From Octopus sinensis (taxonomy: Eukaryota): a stretch of 39,538 nucleotides of DNA. The notes beneath the pieces are model-generated. The model saw only the letters and a list, made by a program, of their open reading frames with translations. It ran no database searches and had not been told where the DNA came from. The stretch spans positions 1 through 39,538 of the forward strand of contig NW_021835508.1 in the NCBI RefSeq assembly GCF_006345805.1. The letters run 5' to 3'. Shown in pieces: positions 1 to 11,638 of this stretch (the first letter of the stretch is position 1; every line of letters starts with the position of its first letter). The translations under genes and the position numbers were made by a program.

Positions 1-149
1 AAATTTACAGTACTACATATGCATTAACACACACAGATGGTTGCATATGTAGTACTGTAAAATAGCTAACGGCCCTTGTGCAAAAACCCCCAAATTCTTG
101 GAAATTTCCGTAGCAGAATATTCTCAATTGCTTCATTGTGTACATGTTC

Positions 150-486
150 TTTAGTCGAACAAATCGACCCCGGGACTTATTCTTTGTAAGCCGAGTACTT
201 ATTCTATCGGTCTCTTTTGCCGAACCACTAAGAGACGGAGACGTAAACACACCAGCATCGGTTGTCAAGCAATGCTAGGGGGACAAACACACACACACAT
301 ACACATATATACATATATATACATATATACGACAGGCTTCTTTCAGTTTCCGTCTACAAATCCACTCACAAGGCATTGGTCGGCCCGGGGCGATAGCAGA
401 AGACAGTTGCCGCACGCAGTGGGACTGAATCCGGAACCATGTGGTTGGTTAGCAAGCTACTTAACACACAGCCACTCTCCTGCGCC
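150..486 (-). mobile_element. tRNA-derived SINE (family A: tRNA-like head, CORE-like segment, internal microsatellite); 3' tail truncated
   Basis: The minus strand reads GAGTGGCTGTGTGTTAAGTAGCTTGCT...GGTTCCGGATTCAGTCCC (A/B-box-like), then an internal (TA/CA) tract at about 287-328 and the conserved 3' body. It aligns with copies at 9811, 20988 and 29526. Confidence 0.85.
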
Positions 487-490
487 TATG

Positions 491-752
491 CATATATATA
501 TATATATATAATATATATATATATAGATAGATAGATAGATAGTTAGATAGATATAGATATATAGATATAGATATATATATATAGATATATATAAATGTAT
601 ATATATTAATAAATATAAATGTATATATATAAATATATATAAATGTATATATATAAATATATATTATGAATATTTATAAATAAATATATATATAAATACA
701 TATATGGATATTTATAAATAAATATATATATATAAATATAAATATATATATA
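491..752. repeat. (TA)n/(GATA)n AT-rich low-complexity tract
   Basis: Directly visible. Confidence 0.95.
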
Positions 753-1782
753 GTTTTGGGACCACTACTGTTCATAATGGCTCCCTCAGACATGCCCTAA
801 GCCACACAGTGAGCCACGATCACAAGTTATGCAGATGATACAAAAGTTTCACAGGTAATACAGAACCCTGAAGACACTATGCACCTGCAATGTGAACTGG
901 ATGAAATATACAAGTGGGCTGAAAAGAATAGCATGCAGTTTAATGCTGAAAAGTTTCAAGCTTTGTGCTATCAGCATGCAAAGCTAAATGCAATACCCAA
1001 TACATACACTGGACTTGGAGAGATTGCAATCCCAGAGGCACAATCAGTGCGAGACCTAGGCATTTACATGAGTCATGATGCATGGCAATGAAATGTGGGC
1101 GGCTGACCGGATGGATTCTTAGAACTTTCAGAACAAGAGACCAGGAAACCATGATGATCCTCTGGAGGGCACTTGTCCTTAGCCACTTTGAGTATTGCTC
1201 TCAGCTATGGTCACCATGCAGTGTCAAATTAATCTCAGAACTTGAGACAATCCAACGAAGCTACACGAAGAAGATAGCCTCTATGCAGCATATAAGCTAT
1301 TGGGAAAGACTCAAGAGATTAAGACTCTATTCCTTAGAGCGTAGGCGAGAAATATATGCCATAATATATATCTGCAAGATCCTAGGAGGACTTGTCCCAA
1401 ACTTTGGCATTGAGAGTTACACAAGTACGAGAACTGGACGCCATTGCATAGTGCCAAGGACTCCAAAATGCCATCAAGATGTAGGACGAGACACTGCAAT
1501 AGCCTGGGCTTCATAGGTCCACAGCTCTTCAATATCCTCCTGAAGGACCTGAGATACCTGCATGTGGTGGATGTAGGTGCCTTCAAAATATAGCTGGATC
1601 TCTTCCTGTCAGGTGTCCCAGATGAACCAACTGCGCGGCAGGAGGTGCAGATGAGGGCAGCTGCATCAAACTCTCCCATGCACCAAATGTCAATTGCTAA
1701 AAACATTCTTGAAGCAAAATTATGTAGCAACACCAAATGGCGGGTGCCCAGCATGGCCACGGCTCGTGAGCTGAAACTAGAT
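753..1782 (+). mobile_element. 5'-truncated CR1-group LINE (RT C-terminal half and 3' UTR), decayed
   Basis: One frame gives VLGPLLFIM (from 753), SYADDTK (YADD at 828-839) and LQCELDEIYKWAEKNSMQFNAEKF...VRDLGI. After a frameshift it continues GWILRTFRTRD...LSHFEYCSQLWSP...YWERLKRLRLYSLERRRE. In-frame stop at 798-800. Confidence 0.9.
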
Positions 1783-1887
1783 TATATATATATATAATAT
1801 ATATATTATATATATATATATATATATGGAAAAAAACGTCATATAGGGTAGAGAAAATGTTAATAAATTTTATAAAAAACATTTCAT

Positions 1888-1984
1888 AAGAAGAAGAAGA
1901 TTGAAGAAGAAGAAGAAGAAGAAGAAGACGAAGAAGAAGAAGAAGAAGAAGAAGAAGAAGAAGGAGGAGGAGGAGGAGGAGGAG
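1888..1984. repeat. (GAA)n-(GAG)n microsatellite
   Basis: Directly visible. Confidence 0.95.
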
Positions 1985-1989
1985 AGTTT

Positions 1990-3847
1990 GGGAGTGCCAT
2001 GATAGTTATAGGAGGTTAAATGGTCAAGTGCCCTGGAAGTGACTTGTTGTGGATGCTAGTAGTGATTGAATTCTTGAGACATCTCTTTTGAATGTATTGT
2101 TTATAAAATATGCGTAGGTCTTATTCTGAACAGCAATAGTGGTAAAGTTAGGAAGGATGTGGCGGAGAATAAGAAGACGAAGAAGAAGAAGGAGAAAGAT
2201 AAGGGAGAATAAGAAAGGAATGTAAGTGGTATGATAGTAGTAGGATGTTATGATAGTAGTAGGATGTTAAATGGTCAAGGACCTAATAGTGACTCGTTAT
2301 GGATTATAACAGTGATTGGGACTGTTTTTTAAAGAATTCTTGGGAATCTCTTGAATGTATCATTTTTAATATTTGCGTGTGTGTTTGTGTTATTCTAAGG
2401 CGATGGTGGATATGTCGTTTGTCGTAGACGTGTCCAGAAGGAGTTTGTATTTTGTAATAAAGAGAGTCTCTTTACTAATTCGTTGGCTCCAGGTTGTATC
2501 GTCCCTGAATTGGTAGAGGGATAAATTCTGAAGCTTGGATTTTTGTTATTGGCGCAAATGTCTATGTGTTGATGAATGCTATTTTTCTGTTTTGGGGAAT
2601 TTTGATCTGGGATCTGTGCAGAACTATCCTTTTACGTAGACTGTTTTTTTTTTTTTTGTTCTTTGGTCTATGTATTGCTCTTGACACCCAGAGCAGGTTA
2701 GTGCGTATATCAGGTTCTCCGAAGCACATGTAAAGCTGCTTTTCACTGTGAAATGTTGTCCCTGTTTGAAGGAGAACTCTGATCACTCAATGAAATTGAC
2801 GCATACCCACAGTCTTCTGCATTTTTTTTTACTGACGGTTTCTGTGTTATTGTTGATCGTATTCGGCCTTGTGTTAGGAGAATTTTCATAGATTTGGATT
2901 GTTTCTTGCTTTTTATGATGGTGTGTGTTTGGAGGATTAAGTTCATTCTGTGGTCCTTTTTTTTAGCAGGGGAATGTTTTGAAGGAGGGTGTAGAATGCT
3001 TCATTGTTAAGTGGGTTGTGTGTTGAGATGTATGGTAGGGCTTTTGGTTGTAAATCCTTCTTTAATTTGGGATGTCTGAGTTCGTGGATGTTGAGTCGTA
3101 GGGCACGTTGAAAGCATATGTCAATTAGTGAAGGTGGGTAGTTCCTGGTAATGAGTGTATCCTTTACTTCATGTAGTCGTGTGTCTCTGGTGTTTGCATT
3201 AGAAACTATAGTACATATCTTTTCTAGGTTGAAGGGGATATTATTCTGGTGTGTCTGGGGTGGCATGAGTTGAACGGTAGATATTGCTTGGAGTCCGTGG
3301 GCTTATAGTATATATCTGTTTCTATTACGTTGTTAGATTTCTTAATGAGGATGTCGAGGAAGGGAAGTTGTTGATGGCTCATTTATAAGTGCTTGGAATT
3401 CTTTAAGTCTCTCTATACTTTCATGCCAAAGAATGAAACAATCATCCGGGTATCTCTTCCAGTTATTTACTATGTAGAGGGAGAATGGGCTGCCGTATTT
3501 TTCTAGAACCTTACGATAAAGATATCCCATGACTAGGTTAGCAAAAGAGGGAGCCATTCTCGTACCCATCGCAGTCCCCGATTTATGTCGATAGAAGTTG
3601 TCTTTGAAGACGAAGTAGTTATTCTCCAAGATGAATTTTAACCCTTCTATCACGAATTCTTTTTTGATGCGATGTGGGAGTTCGTTGGCGTAATTCTTTA
3701 GCCAGAATTGAATTGCTTCTATTCCTAGGTTGTGGGGGATATTGGAATAGAGGACGTCGAAGGATACTAGTAGGGTGTTTTTGTTTATTGTTTCAGGAAG
3801 GTGATTGAGCATATCCTTATATAACTTTTGACATGCTTGAGGAATGG

Positions 3848-3850
<3 letters not shown>
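1990..3850 (-). mobile_element. Penelope-like element (RT and GIY-YIG endonuclease), 5'-truncated and frameshifted; possibly Neptune-like
   Basis: RT motifs: LYSNIPH, GTAMGTRMAPSFANL, WKRYPDDCF, LPFLDIL, IYYKPTDSKQYLPFNSCHP. GIY-YIG remnant: FTCASENLIYALTCSGCQEQYIDQ (about 2660-2730), followed by LRKRIVLHRSQI. Confidence 0.9.

Positions 3851-3886
<36 letters not shown>
3851..3886. repeat. (GT)n microsatellite
   Basis: Directly visible. Confidence 0.95.
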
Positions 3887-3889
<3 letters not shown>

Positions 3890-4408
3890 GTATGTACTGT
3901 GAAGCAAAAAGTGTCTAAAGCGGGAAGATATTAAAAGCAAAGTATGAAAACTATTGTTTGAAAAAGAGATCATGAAGACCTATTTAAGGATGAGAAACCC
4001 CAATCACCCACCTTCCAACGTTAATGGGGCAAAGACATTAAGGTCTGAGGTGGAACATGCCACAATAAAAATGAGTAAAATTAAAGTTCCAGGGTCTGGT
4101 ACAAAACATGTGAGATGTTAAAAGCACTTGAAGACTATGAAATTGTCAAATTCACAGACCTTTACATTGGCTCTGGGCGCCCCACTAAAGATTTCAAAAC
4201 GTCAGTATTTATCACTGTCCATCTAGTGTTCTGACTGCAGGATTATTAGTCGCATGTCTCATGCTCTTAAAATATTTCTTAGTTGTACTAGGAAAAATAA
4301 AATCTAGCTAAATGCAGAAGTTCGTGAAGAGCAATTTGCACTTAAGGCAAACAGAAGGACAAGAGATACCATATTCTGCTTCAACATTCTAGCACAAGAG
4401 CAAATGCA

Positions 4409-4446
<38 letters not shown>

Positions 4447-5615
4447 TCTTGTTTCATATATTATGTCAAGGCATTTGACTGTGTTCACCATAAGGAGCTA
4501 GCTTAGAAAGAAAGGACATCAGAATCATTTGAGTGTTATACTGGAATCAGAGGGCAGCCAAAGTAGACATGTAATTGTCAAAACAAGCAGACACCAGAAG
4601 AGGTGTAAGGCAAGGATGTGTGCTATCACCATGCTTATATAATATGTATACTAGGTATATATTCAGAGGTTCAAATGAGATTAAAGGACTCACAGTCAAT
4701 GGCATGAACATAAATAATATTCGACACGCTGATTATACAGAATTAATGGTTCAGCAATGAGAAATTACAAGAAATCGTTGATGTTTTGAGAGAGCAAAGT
4801 GACAAGAAAGATCTAAATATGAATGTAAAAAAAAGACAAAATCAATGCTTATTATTAGGATGAAACAAAATGAAAGAAATCTAAAGGTAAAAGCTTGAAT
4901 ATGTAAAACCAGAAAGTAAACTAGAAAAGTCGCTGTGTAGTAGACGTAGCTGAGAAAATAAATAAGATTAAAACACATTTATCAGAATGAAAAGAATCAA
5001 AACATATAAGACTGAACCTTAAATTGAGGCGAGTAAACTGATATAGTATACCAGTTGCTCTCTACAAGATAAAAACTTGAACACTGTATGGTGGAGAAAA
5101 AGATAGGAGCCTCTGAGGTGCATCATTCACAGACAGGGCAGCATAAGCTGGGAAAGAAGGGTAACAAATGCTGCAGTACTAGAAAAGCTGAAAGTCGAAG
5201 GACTCTTACTGTCGAGAATCAACTCCACAAATTTATCATATTTTGGGCACACAACGTGCCCCGAGTCAATGCCCAAGACCATCCTGAAAGAAAGTATAGA
5301 GAGGAAGAAAGTAAGAGATCGTGAAAGACGTTTTTGGACTGATAATATCAGAGAATGGACTTGAAGCAAGGGCCTGGCTGAGTGTGAGCACAAGGTCGTT
5401 TTAGGAGTATTATATAGAACTCAAAGGCCTCACTGGATAAATCAATGCAGTGAACCTCTTGGTTCTTGACGCTCCTGGACAATTTCCCAGCGGGCCTATG
5501 CCTTAAGACAGCCTTACGTATGCGTGCATCATAACACAGAGACAACTGGAGAGTATTGGCAAGCCGACTTCTGGACATAGGGTGAGTACTGGACATAGGC
5601 TGATGGCTGATACGT
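3890..5615 (+). mobile_element. Heavily decayed RTE-clade LINE (RT to C-terminus), interrupted by (TA)n at about 4412-4444
   Basis: EEQFALKANRRTRDTIFCFNIL, CFIYYVKAFDCVHH (from 4450), GVRQGCVLSPCLYNMY...NNIRHADYT (decayed YADD) and C-terminal WTDNIREW and RDNWR-like motifs. The right boundary is uncertain. Confidence 0.75.
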
Positions 5616-5794
5616 GTGTGTATACGTGTGTATGTGTGTGTGTGTGTGTATGTGTGTATGCGCGTGTGTGCGTGTGTGTGTGTGTGTGTGTGCGTGCGTG
5701 TGTGAGTATGTCTGTGCGCGCGCATATGTGTGTGTTATGAATGTGTGTGTATATATGTGTTTGTGTGTGTGTATATACACACACAAATAGATAA

Positions 5795-5836
<42 letters not shown>
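5616..5836. repeat. (GT)n/(TA)n compound microsatellite
   Basis: Directly visible. Confidence 0.9.
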
Positions 5837-6080
<244 letters not shown>

Positions 6081-6142
6081 TAGAGTTGTTCGGTAGGCTA
6101 AGGTAGGTAAGTACATGTTTATGTATATATACAGGCGCACAC

Positions 6143-6300
6143 ATAGCTGTGTAGTAAGATAATTCAATTCATAACTACGAGGTTTCGTGTTAAGTCGCCC
6201 GGTACAGCACAATTGGGTAAATGTCTTCTACCACAGCCACGAGTTAACTAAATTCTTGCAGTTTAAAATTTGGCCGACAGAAACTGTGTGAAAACCCTTC
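6143..6300 (+). mobile_element. Degenerate family A SINE 5' half
   Basis: Weak match to the head and CORE-like segment (TTGGGTAAATGTCTTCTACCACAGCC...GAAACTGTGTGAAAACCC). Confidence 0.45.
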
Positions 6301-6763
6301 AGAGAGGGGCAGTTCCCGTCCTTGGATGGTACCCTCATAGCTCTTGGGTACCACTCTGTTGTAAGCATTTGAGCTAGGCTTTTGTGCTTCAGAATAACTT
6401 TTTTTTTTTTTACCCCCGATTGGTTTCCGAGGCCTTATACAGAGGTGCCATGGCCCAGTGTTGAGCTCACGGTTTTAAGGCTGTGGATCCGTTCTTTGGC
6501 CCGAGCGACGCGTTACTGCCCTTCAGCAAAGCACTTTATTTCACTTTGCCCTCGTCCACTCAGCTGGAAAGGAGTACCATTCCATTGTTGGTGCAGCTCT
6601 ATTTCCAGCTCTCACATCCTCGATGTCCACTACATTAAGGATTAATGAGCAGAGAAAGTGTCTATGTCTGCTCGCGACTACACAGGCACCTAAAACAACT
6701 AGTGAAAGCATGGTACATGTTTCCAAGCCATACTCACTATGTGAGTGAAGAACATGTTTTGGA

Positions 6764-6764
<1 letters not shown>

Positions 6765-6840
<76 letters not shown>

Positions 6841-6870
6841 GTCTGTCTGTCTGTCTGTCTACATACATAC
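6765..6870. repeat. (TATC)n-(TGTC)n-(TACA)n microsatellite
   Basis: Directly visible. Confidence 0.95.
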
Positions 6871-6937
6871 ATACGCACACTAACGTGTATCTGTGTGTGT
6901 GTGTATGTTTGTTTACTTGTTTGTTTGTTTGTTCGTT

Positions 6938-7090
6938 ACTGTGTGGTCAAGAAGTTTGCTTCGCAGCCACCTAGCTTCGGGTGCAGTCCTACTGCGTGGC
7001 ACCTTGGGCTTGTGTCTTCTCCCGTAGTTCCTGGCCGACCAATGTCTTGTGAATGAATTTGGTAAGTGGAAACTGTAAGGAAGCTTGTTT
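6938..7090 (+). mobile_element. Degenerate family A SINE 5' half
   Basis: CAGTCCTACTGCGTGGCACCTTGGGCTTGTGTCTTCT...GGAAACTGTAAGGAAGC matches the head of the intact copies. Confidence 0.7.
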
Positions 7091-7091
7091 T

Positions 7092-7155
7092 ATATATATC
7101 TATAGAGAGAGAGGGAGAGAGAGAGAGAGAGAAAGATATAGACAGAAGACAGATG

Positions 7156-7219
<64 letters not shown>

Positions 7220-7343
7220 TCCGTAAGTTTGTGTACATATATATGCATGTATGTGTGTGTTTGTGTACATGCTTACATATACATTCTTACACATAAAAGT
7301 AAAGAGAGAGAGAGAAAGAAGGAGAGAGAGAGAAAGAAGGAGA

Positions 7344-7379
<36 letters not shown>

Positions 7380-7405
7380 AACGAGACAGACAGACTGACA
7401 GACAG
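7092..7405. repeat. Compound (GA)n/(GATA)n/(GACA)n microsatellites
   Basis: Directly visible. Confidence 0.9.
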
Positions 7406-7629
7406 ATGAAATATTACTATCACGTGACAAAAGTTGGGACCAGAAATTTTTTATTCCCAAATTTCACGAAGAATTTAGGAAGTTTGAAAAAACATTCAAT
7501 GGGAAGTTGTCGTTCGGAAGTAGGATATCTCTTGCGGTTTGTCCTGCACTAATATGAATGTAAGTCATGTGGAAAAATAAACACTCCCCGAATAGACTCT
7601 AGCAGTAGAGTAAGTCATAAAAGAACTAG

Positions 7630-7901
7630 GAAGAGCAGGCCGTTAAAAAGAGAGGGACATATAGAGAGAAGAGGGAGGGAAGAGATGAATGACAAAAGCA
7701 AATGAATATGGAAGGAGAGTGAAAAATAACAGAAGGCAAAGGAGTAGTGGAGAGAGTGAATAGAAATGAAGAGAGGCAAGTGAGAGTGGGATTGAACAAC
7801 CGAGGAAGAGGGGAAATTGGAGAGAGTGAGAAATAACTGAAAGAGAGAAGAAAGGATAAGAAAATAATAAGAGTAAAAAGAGCGAGTGAGAACGTGAGAG
7901 G

Positions 7902-7954
<53 letters not shown>

Positions 7955-8005
7955 TGAGTGGGGGGAAGGAAGGAGAAAGAAGTAAGGAGAAAGAAGTAAG
8001 CGAGA
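7630..8005. repeat. Purine-rich low-complexity tract with (GA)n
   Basis: Directly visible. Confidence 0.85.
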
Positions 8006-8740
8006 AATAAATGTTAATGATCTGAAATTTATAGGAAGGGTCTTCAAAAAATGTTTTGAAAATCAGAGGAAATAGCACAATGTCGGCAAACAATTATGAG
8101 AAAGGGCAAAGGAGGGGGGAGAAGACTTACGATAAATGACCTCAAGATCTCAACTCATTTCGTTACGGTTTTAATTGGAGTGACAAACTGTTCCTTTTAT
8201 AGTGAAGTTGTTCATTATGTTATCACAAGAAGGAAATCCAGTTCTAAGGTGTGGGTGCTTTTCGTTTAAAGTTTAACTGTTTAACACCAGAAATCGTTAT
8301 GCAAAGGGGAAATGCCGTGAGTGTCAATGACAAGAAAAAATTTGTTGACTAAGACATCATGTTATTCAATAAATTGTCGCCAGAAAAAATTTGAGAGGGA
8401 GAGAAAAAAGATGAAAGTGACAGATATACAGAGAAAGGCTGTCGATGAGTTTTGTCACAAATTAATTTCTGTTTTCCTGTTCAAATCATTTCGCTTCAGT
8501 TTCTGCCAACACTTGAAAAACAATCTATTAGAGCTGGTGGTAAAAAAAAGGTATGACTGTAACACAATGTCATTCCTTTCATCTATTTGTATGTGGCCTT
8601 GAGCCTAAGTCGAAAAAGGAACTCCTTCTTTCTCTCTAACTCATATGAGAATTAAAACAGTAATTTGGGTGAAGCATCGTGGAATATTAAACTAGATAAG
8701 AACTTACGGCTGCAACACTGCAAAATGAAATACAAAAGTG

Positions 8741-9151
8741 GGATCTTTTCGGTTTGAACGGCAGTTTTTTCTAGCAGTGTCATATGAAATTGTCACCCAT
8801 AATTATGACCCTAGTATCGATCTATTGCATTTCAATCTATTTTAGATTTAGGGTTGGAGTTAGGGTATCTTTTTTTCTTCACAAATGTAAATAAACCCAA
8901 TCTGTTTCTTAAAGGAGGAACATATTCATGCGGCACAGAATGTTGTTTACGTCAATGGACGTAATCGATTGGTTAAAATTGCCGAAATGCAAGAAATTAA
9001 AGACGAAATAATGTTACAAACTATAGAATTTTCTCAATAAAGCCAAGAGAAAATTATGTTTTATAAACATATTCTACCAGTATGCGAAGTTTAAAATCTT
9101 TTAGTTACCTAGAAATTATGTTACAAACTGCCGTTCAAACCGAAAAGATCC
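8741..9151. mobile_element. MITE, copy 1 (27-bp TIRs, 8-bp TSD)
   Basis: TIR GGATCTTTTCGGTTTGAACGGCAGTTT at 8741-8767 with a perfect reverse complement at 9125-9151. TSD CAAAAGTG at 8733-8740 and 9152-9159. A second copy lies at 22912. Confidence 0.92.
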
Positions 9152-9191
9152 CAAAAGTGAAGGTAAAACAACAGATGAAGTTTCACCATGT

Positions 9192-9230
9192 ATTTCAATA
9201 TTTCGGGGTTAGAACTCTTCATCAGGAAAC
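9192..9230 (-). ncRNA. Candidate minimal type-I hammerhead ribozyme with decayed stem II
   Basis: Minus strand: GUUUC CUGAUGA A GAGUUCUAACCCC GAAA UAU U GAAAU. Stem I is GUUUC/GAAAU, stem III is the palindrome AUAU, and stem II has mismatches. Confidence 0.6.
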
Positions 9231-9529
9231 GTGGATAAATTGAACAAATGGGAGATGGAAATACAAGGTAAAACTTGCACTGTTGTCTTGTCCTCATTTT
9301 GTGGTTCACTTTTGTATTTCATTTCGCATCGTTTCTCTCTAAACAAATTTCCATCTAATTTCATATCAGGATATTTCAAATTCTCTTGAAGTTCTATAAA
9401 TTCTTTCGGGCAACATCTGACGATGCAATATTAAAATTATTTCCCTTTAAGTAGTTTCAACTATTCAACCTTTATTTCGTAACGGAATAGATATTGTAAA
9501 CGAAATACAAATTCTAATATAAACTACCT

Positions 9530-9745
9530 TCCAGGATCGATTGGTGGGGTGTTTATCCACTACGCTGCAGAAATCACCGCCTTGCTTTCTACGGTAGTAA
9601 ATATATGGGCTTCAGATTTTGGAATAAGGCCAATGATTTTAAAGGAGTGGGGTTTATCGATTACATCGATCTCAGTGCTCAAATGTGACGAAACAAAATG
9701 GGACCCACAAGGGAAGAAAGGCAAAGTTGTCCTCGGTGGGATGTA
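9530..9745 (-). mobile_element. Highly degenerate family B SINE-related fragment
   Basis: TCGATTACATCGATCTCAGTG and AAAGGCAAAGTTGTCCTCGGTGGGA resemble the copy at 11639-11836. Confidence 0.4.
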
Positions 9746-9810
9746 AAAAGCCGGACTGGCAGTAAATAAAATGGAAGTATTAGTAGCATGTTGTATTGAG
9801 TCTAATCTAT

Positions 9811-10019
9811 TACTTTTTACTCTCTTTTACTCTTTTACTTTTACTCTTGACTGTGGCCATGCTGGAGCACCACATTTAGTCTAGTAAATCGACCCCAGGA
9901 CTTATTCTTTGTAAGCCGGTCTCTTTTGGCGAACCGCTACGTTACGGGGACATAAACACACCAGCAACAGTTGTCAAGCAATGTTGGGGCACAAACACAG
10001 TCACACAAACATACACACA

Positions 10020-10114
<95 letters not shown>

Positions 10115-10280
10115 TATGACGGGCTTCTGTCAGTTTCCATCTACCAAATCCACTCGCAAGGCTTTGGTCAGCCCGAGGCTATAGTAGAAGACACTTGCCC
10201 AAGGTGCCAAGCAGTGGGACTGAACCTGGAACCATGTGGCTGGTAAGCAAGCTACTCACCACACAGCCACTCGTACGCCT
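9811..10280 (-). mobile_element. Family A SINE, near full length, with (AAAAGAGT)n-like tail and about 100 bp of internal microsatellite
   Basis: Head, CORE-like segment, internal (TA)(CA) tract, body and the tail GGTGCTCCAGCATGGCCACAGTCAA are all present. Confidence 0.88.
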
Positions 10281-10368
10281 ATTGAGCAAAATATTCTAAT
10301 AAAGTAAATCAGTACCGAGTTATATATATACACACACACACACGCATACGCATACACACATACGTATG

Positions 10369-10399
<31 letters not shown>

Positions 10400-10969
10400 T
10401 GCCCGTTTACCTTGTGGCAGTTGAACCCGGCGCATGATCTCACGACTTTCAACTAAGCCCTCTCTTCCTCCTCTCTCTCTCTCTCTCTCTCTCTCTGTAT
10501 GTATCTATCGATCGATCAGTCTATCTTATAATTAATTATCTGTAGTTTATAACTATTAATTTCTGTCAGAGATTTTATTAAGTGCCTCTCTATCCATCTA
10601 TCTATTTTATAAGTGTTGATAATAAATAACTTTAAATTTCTCTAAGAGATGTGAATAACCTTTTAATTCCTGTTGAAGATACGGAAGACGTCTCTATGGA
10701 GCTGTCTATCTTACCAGCAGAAATGGTAAACAAGTTTTAAATTCCTGTCAGGGATATTATAGAAGGCAACGCATACATGCAGTCTCAGCGCTTGCACACA
10801 TATAAACACGCACGACTGTGTGTACCTTGTGTATATGTGAATAGCAGAAATTACGAGTATATATATGTGTCCACATGTTTATATACATATTTGCAGGTGA
10901 TAATACAACAATTTGTGAGGTGTTATATGTGTATGCTTGGGTGTACACAAGTACATATTTATATATGTA

Positions 10970-11575
10970 CTAGCAGTATTGCCCGGCTCAACGGGGATTT
11001 CAGGGGAGAGTTTCAGGGAGTCGCTGGCGATGTATCGTGATGATAAAAAATCCGGCCTGCTAAAATTTGGTTAAAGTGATTCAAACTGCAGATTCAACGC
11101 AAAATGGTCACATTTAATTCAAAGCGTTAAAAATGTTATGAAAACAATTGGTATATGTTCACAAAGTCCAAACGATTAATACGAAAAAAACCCTCCAGGC
11201 TACATCCCGAAAATTCATTTCTTTGCCGAACTTCTACAATATTTACGGCGATTCGTTTTTATATCTTGATTTTTTATTTTTCACGCAATTTACGCATGCT
11301 TGCACGTGTGGTGAACACAGTTCACGTCAAACAACTGACTGAGTAAAGTTCACTATTCAATGCATGGGATAAGGCCTAAACAAACACATTATCGATTTTT
11401 GCACTTGCGAGATGAATTTCGGAACAGAAATAGCGCAGTTCAATTTTCATTCGCCTAAACTTTAAGTGACCCATTTTTGGTGGTTCTACGATTTGTTGGC
11501 TAGGAGGAGATGTGCCGGGAAGTTAAACACACAGACTCACACACAGACACACAAGTTGAGTTTTATATATATAGA
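10970..11575 (-). mobile_element. Non-autonomous Helitron-like element 1
   Basis: The minus strand starts A|TCTATATATATAAAACTCAACTTGTGTGTCTG. It ends with a CCCG-TTGAGC-CGGG hairpin followed by CAATACTGCTAG|T. No TSD. Confidence 0.8.
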
Positions 11576-11638
11576 TATTCATATATAAATCGTGTAGGTC
11601 TATATGCATGTATTTACCTATATATATATATATATATA

